Of a DNA stretch of 64,000 bases, positions 1 through 9,310 are shown piece after piece. A model generated the notes under the pieces. The model was not told the DNA's origin, did no database searches, and was given only the letters and a program-made list of their open reading frames with translations. Position numbers and translations under genes: made by a program. Position 1 is the stretch's first letter. Every line of letters starts with the position of its first letter. This stretch comes from a bacterium. GTDB lineage: Bacteria > Hinthialibacterota > Hinthialibacteria > Hinthialibacterales > Hinthialibacteraceae. Where the stretch lies: contig CAXXMV010000001.1 in the NCBI GenBank assembly GCA_963662285.2, forward strand, positions 928,001-992,000, read 5' to 3'.

Positions 1-1227
1 CCGGAAAATATTCTCCACAATAACGATAGCATTATCTACTAGCATACCCACAGCCAGAACCAACGAGAACAATACGACCATATTAAGCGTCAGTCCCATC
101 AATTTGAGCACTTGAAATGTAATAAGCATAGAAAATGGAATAGCCGACGCCACAATCAAGGCATTACGCAATCCCATAGCGCATAAAACAACTATCAGAA
201 CCAGAATCAATCCAGACAGGATGCTGTTTTCCAGGTCTGACACCATCTTACGTATATCGGTAGACATATCCATCACAATAGAAATATCCACGCCATTAGC
301 CGCTGAAGCCTTGTATTCTTTTATAAGTCTTTTAATTTCTTCAGATATTTCGATAATGTTTTCGCCGCTGCGCTTGACGATGTTTATCGATACTGACTCT
401 TTTTGGTTATAGCGGGATTTGGTTTTAGGCTCTTCGAAACCATCTTCCATCCTGGCGACATCGGTAATATAGATGGGATTATTCTCATGAGAATAAACAA
501 TCAGACTTTTAGCCTCAGAAGGATCCTTGAATTCACCGGGAATTTTAACCAGATAATTACTCGGCCCGATATCCATCTTTCCGCCGGGAGTGTTCAGATT
601 ATTGGAACGGACGGCGGTCATTAAATCTGTCACAGCAAGATTGTAAGAGGCGAGGCGTTCGGGCTGATAAGTGACGCGAATTTCCCGTTCAAGCCCTCCC
701 ATAACATTGGCTTCCAGAACGCCGGATACGCTTTCAAAATCATCCGCCATATCATCAGCCAGGTCTTTCAGACGCACCAAACCAACCGGACCCGAAACAA
801 CTACAGTCATTATAGGGAATTCAGCGAAATTGATTTCATCAACCATCGGATCATCTTCCAGATCAGCGGGGAGTTTAGATTTGGATTCATCCACCTTATC
901 CCGCACTTTTTGCAAGGCGGTATCGATATCAATGCCGGTGTTGAATTCACATACGATAGTCGAAGCGCCTTCCGATGAATAAGAACGCAGTTCTTTAATC
1001 TCACCAATAGTGGTCAGTTTTTGTTCAATTTCATTGGTAATAAGATTTTCAATATCCGATGGCGCTACGCCTTCATAAGTAGTTGTAACGATAATGTTCG
1101 GAATAGTAATATCGGGCGCCGATTCACGCGGTAGAGTAACATAGGCATACGAACCTCCTATGATAATCATAATGATAAGCACTAAAACAGTAGTAGCATG
1201 TCGTATACTAAATTCAGAAAGAGTCAT
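1..1227 (-). CDS. RND efflux permease (AcrB/AcrD/AcrF family), N-terminal part; runs off the window start
   Basis: Absent from the ORF track. Manual translation from ATG at 1227 gives MTLSEFSIRHATTVLVLIIMIIIGGSYAYVTLPRESAPDITIPNIIVTTTYEGVAPSDIENLITNEIEQKL, a classic AcrB-family start; it follows an MFP gene. Confidence 0.93.
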   Translation of the reverse strand, partial: MTLSEFSIRHATTVLVLIIMIIIGGSYAYVTLPRESAPDITIPNIIVTTTYEGVAPSDIENLITNEIEQKLTTIGEIKELRSYSSEGASTIVCEFNTGIDIDTALQKVRDKVDESKSKLPADLEDDPMVDEINFAEFPIMTVVVSGPVGLVRLKDLADDMADDFESVSGVLEANVMGGLEREIRVTYQPERLASYNLAVTDLMTAVRSNNLNTPGGKMDIGPSNYLVKIPGEFKDPSEAKSLIVYSHENNPIYITDVARMEDGFEEPKTKSRYNQKESVSINIVKRSGENIIEISEEIKRLIKEYKASAANGVDISIVMDMSTDIRKMVSDLENSILSGLILVLIVVLCAMGLRNALIVASAIPFSMLITFQVLKLMGLTLNMVVLFSLVLAVGMLVDNAIVIVENIFR

Positions 1228-1238
1228 CTAATTGCCTT

Positions 1239-2357
1239 TTAATTATTCTCGTTATTGATATTAAAAATTATGGAATTATCCATCACCTGGACTTGTTGAT
1301 CATCCACCAGGTCTTGCTGTCCAACAACCACAACATGTTCGTAGGGTTCGAGTCCATCAGTAATTTCAATCCGATCCTTCTTGAATACGCCAAGATTGAC
1401 TGGCCGACTATGCACGATTCCTTCTTTCTCAACAAAAACCATCATGCCGGATGCGCGTTTGATCAAAGCAATCAGGGGAACAATCAGGGCTTTATCGACG
1501 CGTTTAGTGGTTATTTCCGCCCGGACAATCATCCCTGGGCGAATGCGGTAATCAGGATTATCCATTACCAAGGTAGCCTCAAAAGTGTTAGTTTGAGCAT
1601 CGGCTTCAAAAGCCAGACGTTCAATCCTGGCTGGAAGAATTTCACCCAAAGACTCAAGATGAACCATAGATTCTTTTTCATGAGAGACTGCATCAGCATA
1701 AAGTTCCGGGACTCCAACCACAACCTTGACTTTATCCATTGAAAGCAGACGGGCTAATTGCGATCCTTCAGGAGCGAATTCGCCTTTTTCAACTTCTATA
1801 CGATCAATGATTCCATCCATGGGAGCAACGATATGACCAAGCGAAACATCTACTTGCAATGTACGCATTATTGCGCTGGCCCGGCGTTCCTGAGAAACAG
1901 CTTCGTCATACTCCTGCACCGTGACATCTCCGCGCTTGTTGAGGATTTTTTTACGTTCCAGGCTTTTTTGGGCCAAGTCGTGGGCCGCCTTGGCATCTTC
2001 GACGCGCGCAGTACGCGAGCGGAGATCGATTTGAAAGAGTTCCATTCCTTTCTTAACCCGGTCTCCTTCTCTGACGTATACCTCTTCAACGATTCCCGGA
2101 ATTCCCGCGCTGACATTGACGTCTTCATAGGCTTCAACCGTACCAGGCAGAAGAACTGTTTCCTGAAGCGGTTGAGGAATAATTTCTATTGACTGAACGC
2201 GCTTAAGCGGCGCTTTTTCCTGCATTGCCTCAATTGAGGCAGATTTCTGCGCCGAACTGGATGGAATCAGCGACATCACGTATAAAGCTCCTACAAAAAA
2301 AACGGGCAGCGCCAAATACATAATCGAGCGCAATAAATATTTCATAACAAATTTCAT
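1239..2357 (-). CDS. RND efflux periplasmic adaptor (membrane fusion protein)
   Basis: N-terminal TM; motifs GIVEEVYVREGDRVKKG, IVAPMDGII, RIRPGMIVRA; lies between TetR and the RND permease. Confidence 0.93.
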   Translation of the reverse strand: MKFVMKYLLRSIMYLALPVFFVGALYVMSLIPSSSAQKSASIEAMQEKAPLKRVQSIEIIPQPLQETVLLPGTVEAYEDVNVSAGIPGIVEEVYVREGDRVKKGMELFQIDLRSRTARVEDAKAAHDLAQKSLERKKILNKRGDVTVQEYDEAVSQERRASAIMRTLQVDVSLGHIVAPMDGIIDRIEVEKGEFAPEGSQLARLLSMDKVKVVVGVPELYADAVSHEKESMVHLESLGEILPARIERLAFEADAQTNTFEATLVMDNPDYRIRPGMIVRAEITTKRVDKALIVPLIALIKRASGMMVFVEKEGIVHSRPVNLGVFKKDRIEITDGLEPYEHVVVVGQQDLVDDQQVQVMDNSIIFNINNENN

Positions 2358-2962
2358 TATTTCTTTCCTCCAATACCATGCAATACAAAGTCAAGCAATA
2401 TTTCAACAAAGTTATCAGGAACAGATGTGGGATCAAGCATTAAAGTTTGCATATATACGCTGATTGAGCCTAAATAATGCATGATTAATTGTTCGATATT
2501 GCCTTCTCTTATGAATCCCTGATTAATTCCTTCTGTGAATAGCACCGCTAATAATTCAAAATGTTCTTTTTCAAATGCCATAATATCAACGTGCGGAATC
2601 GTGTTTCGCGGCGAAAACGCAGCATGATATATTAAACGAACCGTATCTTCATAATCTTTGAATAATAGAAAATATAAATTTGTTGTTTCCCGCAACCGCT
2701 CCATAAAGTCACCGGGATTACTCGTTATTTCGCTTAATCTATTAAAGAAAAAAGCGTAGGCCTCACGAATCAGAGTAACAAACATATCCTCTTTATTCTC
2801 AAAATAATAATATAGAACTGGTTTAGTGACTCCTGCTGCTTTTGCAATATCACGGATGCTGGTTCCATCAAAACCTTGTTTCGAGAAGAGGCGTGTGGCT
2901 GCATGCGCGATGTGTTCCCGTGTATCTTCTGATTTATGAGATATTTGCGTATTAATCGCCAT
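2357..2962 (-). CDS. TetR/AcrR family transcriptional regulator
   Basis: HTH motif LFSKQGFDGTSIRDIAKAAGVTKPVLYYYFENKEDMF; stop overlaps the MFP start. Confidence 0.95.
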   Translation of the reverse strand: MAINTQISHKSEDTREHIAHAATRLFSKQGFDGTSIRDIAKAAGVTKPVLYYYFENKEDMFVTLIREAYAFFFNRLSEITSNPGDFMERLRETTNLYFLLFKDYEDTVRLIYHAAFSPRNTIPHVDIMAFEKEHFELLAVLFTEGINQGFIREGNIEQLIMHYLGSISVYMQTLMLDPTSVPDNFVEILLDFVLHGIGGKK

Positions 2963-2974
2963 ATTATCACCAAT

Positions 2975-3011
2975 CTACTTACCGTTCATTAAGTTACCTA
3001 ACGGTAAGTAG
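2975..3011. promoter_or_regulatory. Probable TetR operator (inverted repeat) upstream of the tetR-MFP-RND operon
   Basis: Perfect 12-bp inverted repeat CTACTTACCGTT-N13-AACGGTAAGTAG, also containing TTACC-N4-GGTAA, 12 bp upstream of the tetR start. Confidence 0.6.
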
Positions 3012-3167
3012 TATAATTACTTATACCCATTTCGCAAAGATTTTATTTCATTTTTTTTGCATTCTAGTAAAATTAACCATAAAATGTTTTGTTAATTCAC
3101 ACTCCTATAGCAATGAATGCATGATTGATCCTTCATAAAATTGGATTATTTGAGAAAAGAGATAAAA

Positions 3168-6100
3168 ATGAACTCTAGCAAAACTCGATTATTCGTGATT
3201 TTCGGCTTCTTCATGGTTGTTATATTGGGATTATCCTGGGTATCTAACATCCCCATGAAGAATCATCCGGTCGCGCTGCAGGTTAATATGCCTGCTGAGG
3301 AAAAGTCGAAATTGCTGACCATGGCAATTTCAAAGAATATATCAAATACTGTAACCGTTCCTGCAAAATTCGCAAAACCGGATTCGCCTGTCAGGAATCA
3401 ATCAATTACCACACCTGCTCCTCAACAGCAATCTCAGTCCATTGCAACCGGCCAAGAGATACTAAACAGAATCAACAAAATTCACAACACATCAAAAAGT
3501 AATCCCACAGATTCAAGACTTGGGCTTGCCCGTGGCAGAGGCCGCAAAGTCGCGAATCCCGAGCAGCAAAAAGCCATTGATGAATTGCTTGATAAATTAG
3601 GTGGTAACGCAACATTACAGATGGATAATGTTTCACGAACTCTTCGATATCTCGATGGCGATTTATCAAAGATTGTAAGTGACTCAAAAGCATATCAATC
3701 AGCCCACTCACAAAGCAATTATTCTGCGATGTCTATAGCGCTGGTAGATGAACTAAGATTGATTATGAACCTTAGTGAACCGCAAAAAGAATTCGTTACC
3801 AACCGCATAAAAGAAGACAACCTGGGGATGACGCATGTATTCTTGCAGCAGCAATATGATGGAATCCCGGTTTATGGAGCGCAAGTCGGCGTTCATTACG
3901 ACAAAAATAATAATCCAATTCAAGTATCCGGCGTTTATGCGCCAATGCCGGGAATGATAAGTGCTGTTAAATCATGTATTAATCCCCAAACCGCGCTGCA
4001 AAACGCCCGGCAGGATATTGGCAGCATTGGCAATGATTATGCATCTCCCAAGATCGAGCAAATGATCTACTGGGATATCGACCGGGTTCCCGTTCAAACA
4101 TATTTCATTGCCTTAACCCCGACTGTATTTGATCACTGGCATTATTTTATATCCGCAGAAACGGGAGAAATCGTTCACAAAAGCCGCCCGATATGTGCAG
4201 CAGCGGCAGTTGGACAATCCCCTGACCTGTCTGGACAAATCAGAGATGTTCATTGCTGGGAAGATGGAGGAGCTTTCGGCGCCATCGACACCACCAAGCC
4301 AATGTATCAAGCAAGTTCCCAACCGCCAGATATTAAAGCCACTAAAGGCGCCATAATCGTCCTTGATGCAGAAAACCAGATACTTGAAGAAGCCCAGTCA
4401 TTTACAATCGTCAATTCCAACAACAAGAATAACTGGGATCCCACAGCAGTCAGTGTATTGCATAATTACAGTTTAGTTGAAGATTATTACCGCCGCACAT
4501 TCAACCGCAACTCAATCGATGACAAAGGAATGAATATCCTGGCCATCATCCATGCCCAATTCAAAGGGCCAGATGGAAGCGTCTATAAGGATAATGCATT
4601 CTGGAATCCGGGAGCGCAATTAATGGTCTTCGGTGATGGAGAAGTGGATTTCCAAAACCTGCCTTCATCATTAGACGTAACTGGTCATGAGTTGACTCAT
4701 GGCGTGATCGACCATGAAGCCAAATTAATTTATGAAAACCAATCAGGCGCCCTCAACGAACACTTGGCGGATTTCTTCGGCGCCATGGTTGACCGGGATG
4801 AATGGTTACTGGGCGATGGCGTAACCAAAGGCAAGGAAGCCTTGCGCGATATGAAGAATCCCCATAATCCAAACATTCTCGCCGCACAGCCCCAAACCAT
4901 GACGGAATATAGGAACCTGCCCAATACTCCGCAAGGCGATAATGGCGGCGTTCATGTTAATTCCGGCATTCCCAATCACATGGCTTATTTATTAGCCGAA
5001 GGCCCCGATGGGATCGGGCGAGACAAAACCGAGAAAATACTTTACCGTGCACTTTCCGAATATATGACTCAAAGATCAACATTCATCGACTACCGTAGAG
5101 CAGCGATATCATCAACCCGTGACCTTCATGGCGAAAACAGCGCCGAAGAAGCATCGGTAAAAAAAGCATTTGATGCAGTGGAAATTTTCGACCAGGATGG
5201 AGGAGACTCTCCTAATCAACCTACGCCCGGACAAGCAACTGTAGGCAACGATGTTGCTCTGTTCCTGCTAGGTGATCTCAGCGCCGGAGTGGATCAGGTT
5301 CATGATGATCTGTTCTACCAGTTAGCCATCAATGTTAATGGTGAAAACCTGCTTGCTGCGCCGCGTTATGTAGTTAACACCAGACCAGCCGTTTCTGGTG
5401 ACGGACAATGGTTTTTGTATGTCGATACGACCAATAACCTCTATTGGACCGATGGCGCCTCTGAAGAAAAATGGACTGACAGTGGAATCATACGAAGCAT
5501 CGCCATGTCGAAAGATCAACGTTATATCGTATTCACATCAACCAGTTATGACAATTTCATCACTGTTATTGATACAGAAACCGGGGAAATTAATATCGCC
5601 GATCTTTATGTCACCCGAATGGATGGCGTAACGCAGGATTTGGATTTCGCGGATGTTATGACGTTTAATTTCCGTGGTGATTCTCTGATATACGATGCGG
5701 TTATGCAGATGAAACTGGATAATGGAGAAGAGTATCCTGTCTGGGGGATATATTGCCTACGTATGGTTGACCTAAATACTCAGCAGTTGGTCGCCCAAAC
5801 TCCCGGCGAGCAGATTGGCAATCCAACTATTGCTAATACCAACGACCATTTATTACTGGCGGATTATGTTGTATCCGAGGGAGATGATGAAGCGTTAGCC
5901 ATGGTCGCCATTGATTTTCTTGACATGAAAATGAGCGTCTTATTTGGACCAATGAACGATTTCGCTCATCCTACTTTCCGGGGTGATGACCAGAAAATAA
6001 TTTTCAGGGGATCAACCGGGGATAATAGTCAATTCGCGCTGATAGAAGGAGAATTACAAGATAACCAACAGGCCTTAATCGATACGTCAACACGGGTATT

Positions 6101-7142
6101 ATTCGAAGCCTTTGCGCCTATAACATATCCAGTCGGTTTCCGTATTGGAGAATATGTCAAACAGGAAGGTAAAATCAGCGTTCCTAAATCCATCGCAATC
6201 GGAGAAACTCCAGTTCTTACTCAGAACAGCCAAACAATTTCAATAGCGAATATTGGTAATAGTGATTTATCTTTGATTGAGATATCGATTGAAGAAGATA
6301 TAGATGGCGCCTTCTCTCATACCGGCATCAATCAGCAAATTTCCGCAGGTAAGAACATTTCATTTGATATTGTGTTTAATCCCAAGAAAACAGGTGCGGC
6401 ATCAGCTGCGCTTAAGATTAAATCCACTGATGCTTCACAACCGGAATCTATCATCAGCATCTCCGGCAATGGAACCGCCGCCAACACCCCTACGCCGACT
6501 GCGACTATTCCGGGTGGAGTAAGTACGCCAACGCCAGCCGCACCCACGCCAACGCCAATCAGCGGACTCGAACCGACGCCGCTTCCCGGTAGTGAAGATC
6601 AGCTGTCAGTTTATGAATTTGATAAAGATTCGCTATCCGACAACGGGTGGCTCGAAATTCCAGGGGGTTTCGGCGGCGCTGATCCAGGGATTCTTGACTT
6701 TATAACCTTTAATACGGGATTATTCTCTGCTTCTGCAGATGACAAGGGACTCTCACTTACAGTCGAACCAGGTCAAGTCGCTTTTCTAATGGCAAACACG
6801 CCGGTAAATACGCAAGACAATCCCATCCTTCTGCGGATGACAGTACGTTCTAACACCGCTAATGCTTCCATATTCCTGGTCGCTCTCAAGGGAGAATTAT
6901 CCAACAATACACTGGATGGATCATTAACATATAACAACCGCGTCAATGCATCCAGTTTCCTTGACAAAGATCAACGGTTAACGCTTATCTACGAGCCGGA
7001 TCAGGGAGGCAAAATAACCCCTGCCATTCAGGTGGCCGGCGTCGGCGATGAAACAACTACGGTTTATGTAGATAAATTAGAAATTTTCATGCTAAAACCC
7101 GATGGTTCATATAGCGGAATACTATTTCGTTCTTCACCATAA
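3168..7142 (+). CDS. Secreted M4 (thermolysin-like) metallopeptidase with propeptide, beta-propeller-like region, ASH/Ig-like domain, Pro/Thr linker and C-terminal domain
   Basis: NAFWNP, HELTH zinc motif, GALNEHLAD third ligand, DNGGVHVNSGIPNH; FTP propeptide (DNLGMTHVFLQQQYDGIPV); N-terminal TM; TPTPTATIP linker. ATG 3168 preferred over TTG 3141. Confidence 0.9.
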   Translation: MNSSKTRLFVIFGFFMVVILGLSWVSNIPMKNHPVALQVNMPAEEKSKLLTMAISKNISNTVTVPAKFAKPDSPVRNQSITTPAPQQQSQSIATGQEILNRINKIHNTSKSNPTDSRLGLARGRGRKVANPEQQKAIDELLDKLGGNATLQMDNVSRTLRYLDGDLSKIVSDSKAYQSAHSQSNYSAMSIALVDELRLIMNLSEPQKEFVTNRIKEDNLGMTHVFLQQQYDGIPVYGAQVGVHYDKNNNPIQVSGVYAPMPGMISAVKSCINPQTALQNARQDIGSIGNDYASPKIEQMIYWDIDRVPVQTYFIALTPTVFDHWHYFISAETGEIVHKSRPICAAAAVGQSPDLSGQIRDVHCWEDGGAFGAIDTTKPMYQASSQPPDIKATKGAIIVLDAENQILEEAQSFTIVNSNNKNNWDPTAVSVLHNYSLVEDYYRRTFNRNSIDDKGMNILAIIHAQFKGPDGSVYKDNAFWNPGAQLMVFGDGEVDFQNLPSSLDVTGHELTHGVIDHEAKLIYENQSGALNEHLADFFGAMVDRDEWLLGDGVTKGKEALRDMKNPHNPNILAAQPQTMTEYRNLPNTPQGDNGGVHVNSGIPNHMAYLLAEGPDGIGRDKTEKILYRALSEYMTQRSTFIDYRRAAISSTRDLHGENSAEEASVKKAFDAVEIFDQDGGDSPNQPTPGQATVGNDVALFLLGDLSAGVDQVHDDLFYQLAINVNGENLLAAPRYVVNTRPAVSGDGQWFLYVDTTNNLYWTDGASEEKWTDSGIIRSIAMSKDQRYIVFTSTSYDNFITVIDTETGEINIADLYVTRMDGVTQDLDFADVMTFNFRGDSLIYDAVMQMKLDNGEEYPVWGIYCLRMVDLNTQQLVAQTPGEQIGNPTIANTNDHLLLADYVVSEGDDEALAMVAIDFLDMKMSVLFGPMNDFAHPTFRGDDQKIIFRGSTGDNSQFALIEGELQDNQQALIDTSTRVLFEAFAPITYPVGFRIGEYVKQEGKISVPKSIAIGETPVLTQNSQTISIANIGNSDLSLIEISIEEDIDGAFSHTGINQQISAGKNISFDIVFNPKKTGAASAALKIKSTDASQPESIISISGNGTAANTPTPTATIPGGVSTPTPAAPTPTPISGLEPTPLPGSEDQLSVYEFDKDSLSDNGWLEIPGGFGGADPGILDFITFNTGLFSASADDKGLSLTVEPGQVAFLMANTPVNTQDNPILLRMTVRSNTANASIFLVALKGELSNNTLDGSLTYNNRVNASSFLDKDQRLTLIYEPDQGGKITPAIQVAGVGDETTTVYVDKLEIFMLKPDGSYSGILFRSSP

Positions 7143-7164
7143 GAGAACATAAAAAAAATACATT

Positions 7165-7202
7165 AAAAAAGGCTCGCGGTTATTTTCCGCGAGCCTTTTT
7201 TT
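7165..7202. terminator. Bidirectional intrinsic terminator
   Basis: A6-GGCTCGCGG-N7-CCGCGAGCC-T7 between convergent genes. Confidence 0.85.
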
Positions 7203-7245
7203 GTTTATGTATTACTCAAGAAGTTCAGCAAGATTCATTCTCCAC

Positions 7246-8907
7246 CTAAAGAGAAGGCGAAATGCTATGAGTCTTCTTAATAGAAGGAATCGCCAGATAA
7301 TCGGGCAATACGCATAATTGCTCTCCATGTTGTCCTATGGCCCGGTATGCATTATTCAAGATTTCCAAGGCATCTTGAACTTTCCTTTGCGAGGGAAACA
7401 AAGCGTTATCCTTAAGACAGATTTCCCGCAATTTGTCTTTCGCGATGCATAGCCCATGATTGCAAAACAATTCATAAATAAAATAGAGTTGTTTCTTGGT
7501 AAAAGTGTCTGTTTCGTAATCGAGTACTTCTTTCAAAGGATTCAACGCAATTCTACGGTCTTGCGCAGAAAGATTATTCTGTTTTTTAACGACATCAGAT
7601 TCCTCTTGCGTAAGAGCCTTGCGCAGATCATTAACAAAATCCTTGGTAACCAGCGTTCTTTTACTTAATTTCTGTCGAGATAAACCAAGTTCCAGCGCGC
7701 GTCGCAGAACATTTGGTTTAACCTCAAATCCCCAATGGTTGCGATAGAACTGTTTATAATTTTCTTTCAGAAAATTTAACGTTCTCTTTAGATGTTGGAT
7801 AGAATGATTCTTCCGCGTCCGGGCGTAAGATTCCGCAATTCGATGACTTATGCCTTCTTCTTTGGTCAAATACTGAGATATGGATAATTCGGCCCGGCTC
7901 TGGGTCTGTCCACGCTTGCGAAGCAACTTCCTGATAGTCCGTTTCCCTCCCATAAGGTCAGAAATGGCCAGTTTCCCATTTGCTAACCGCAGAAGGTTCT
8001 TCATGGTCTGATAGGTTGCCCGTGCTGAAATGTATTCAATTTGTTCTTGAGTAGCGCCCAGTTTCTTAAGCAATTCACGGCGGCGTTGAAAATCGGACGA
8101 CCGTTGGTTTGAGCGCTGCAAATGATCCCGCAGCCGTGAATAATTGGCTTTCAATCTATTCGGTTCAACGCATTTCAATTCACTAAGCAGAATATCGGTT
8201 TTCTTTTTCAGCATATCCAAACTGGATTGACTAACCAGAAATTCCAAATCCGCTTCCGTAAACTGAGGAATAACTCTCCCGGAATCAGCCAGGTTCTCTA
8301 AAAACTCATACTTATTCCGTCGATCATAGGGCCACAGATTACCGCGTTTGGCGCGGGCGCTGGAACGAGTTCTCACTTTAACCGCCGATAGTTGTAATTC
8401 CGGCGTATGAATAAACGAGCCAACTTCCCGGTATATCTCAAGTTTTTTACTAAAGCGATTATAAGATTTTGGAGTATCAAACTGATCCGCCATATTAAAT
8501 TCTTTAGCAATCTCCAAGATTCCTTCTTTTCCCCGTGCTGAAATGCCCTCTAAGTAAGATAGATGCTCTTGAAGCAGCCAATCAGCCAGATATTGACGAA
8601 TATTACGACCTGCTAGTCTAATAGATTCATGCGAAGCAGGACGTTCTTTGATTAATAATTCTTCAATTTCAAATACAGTATCCAAGAAAGATTTTGCATC
8701 AGAATCTTCTCTAATCGGTTGATCCAATTCTAAGTTAGTATTGGAAAAATATTGTTCAACAAATGCTTTTGACTTGGCGTATGAATCAAGTCGTTCATCT
8801 GCGATGGTTATGATTGCCTGGCGAATTCCAACACGGGCCATTTGCCAAGGAGTAGTATCAAACCCAAAAGTAAGCGGAAATTGTGAAATTGTACTAAACG
8901 TATTCAT
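7246..8907 (-). CDS. Hypothetical basic helical protein, putative nucleic-acid binding (see findings)
   Basis: Long ORF (571 aa from 8961); probable start ATG 8907 with GGAGG at 8915-8919; K/R-rich; no signal peptide or TM. Confidence 0.8.
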   Translation of the reverse strand: MNTFSTISQFPLTFGFDTTPWQMARVGIRQAIITIADERLDSYAKSKAFVEQYFSNTNLELDQPIREDSDAKSFLDTVFEIEELLIKERPASHESIRLAGRNIRQYLADWLLQEHLSYLEGISARGKEGILEIAKEFNMADQFDTPKSYNRFSKKLEIYREVGSFIHTPELQLSAVKVRTRSSARAKRGNLWPYDRRNKYEFLENLADSGRVIPQFTEADLEFLVSQSSLDMLKKKTDILLSELKCVEPNRLKANYSRLRDHLQRSNQRSSDFQRRRELLKKLGATQEQIEYISARATYQTMKNLLRLANGKLAISDLMGGKRTIRKLLRKRGQTQSRAELSISQYLTKEEGISHRIAESYARTRKNHSIQHLKRTLNFLKENYKQFYRNHWGFEVKPNVLRRALELGLSRQKLSKRTLVTKDFVNDLRKALTQEESDVVKKQNNLSAQDRRIALNPLKEVLDYETDTFTKKQLYFIYELFCNHGLCIAKDKLREICLKDNALFPSQRKVQDALEILNNAYRAIGQHGEQLCVLPDYLAIPSIKKTHSISPSL

Positions 8908-9122
8908 GGTAAAACCTCCAAGGGACAAAATCCACATCCTATACATGTTATCATGACTCATTATATCATCATTATAGCCGGTTTGTCAAGAAAAAAAACA
9001 AGAATTCCAGTATTTTTTTCAGCAATAACAACAAGGCAGGCAGACATCTATATTATTTATATATAAATACAACAATATCAGCATATTAAGAAATTAAGTA
9101 CTCTGGAATTTGCATTGTCAAC

Positions 9123-9165
9123 AAAAAAAATCCCTCGTTTTTATTCTAAACGAGGGATTTTTTTT
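9123..9165. terminator. Intrinsic terminator (bidirectional-type) downstream of the FG-GAP gene
   Basis: A8-TCCCTCGTTT-N7-AAACGAGGGA-T8. Confidence 0.8.
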
Positions 9166-9194
9166 ACATTTTTTTATTTAATCAAGAAAAATAT

Positions 9195-9310
9195 CTAGAG
9201 CGATTATCAAAATTATGTTCGTTTATTATCACCTTTGGTCTTCATAGAAGCCAATCTTTTCTGGCTTCTATGAATCGCCAATCAGAATATTATTATGAAA
9301 ACTACTCTAG
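9195..9310 (-). mobile_element. Miniature inverted-repeat element (MITE-like), copy 1
   Basis: CTAGAGCGATTATCAAAAT...ATTATGAAAACTACTCTAG; colinear with 22527-22640 and 63632-63746; internal perfect 13-bp hairpin. Confidence 0.75.

Noticed and set aside
6478-6590. ACGCC-rich short repeats
   Set aside because: They simply encode the Pro/Thr linker of the protease.
7246-8961. Cas12/TnpB/IscB-type RNA-guided nuclease or transposase
   Set aside because: Basic and of suitable size, but I found no RuvC, HNH, HEPN, DDE or zinc-finger motifs.
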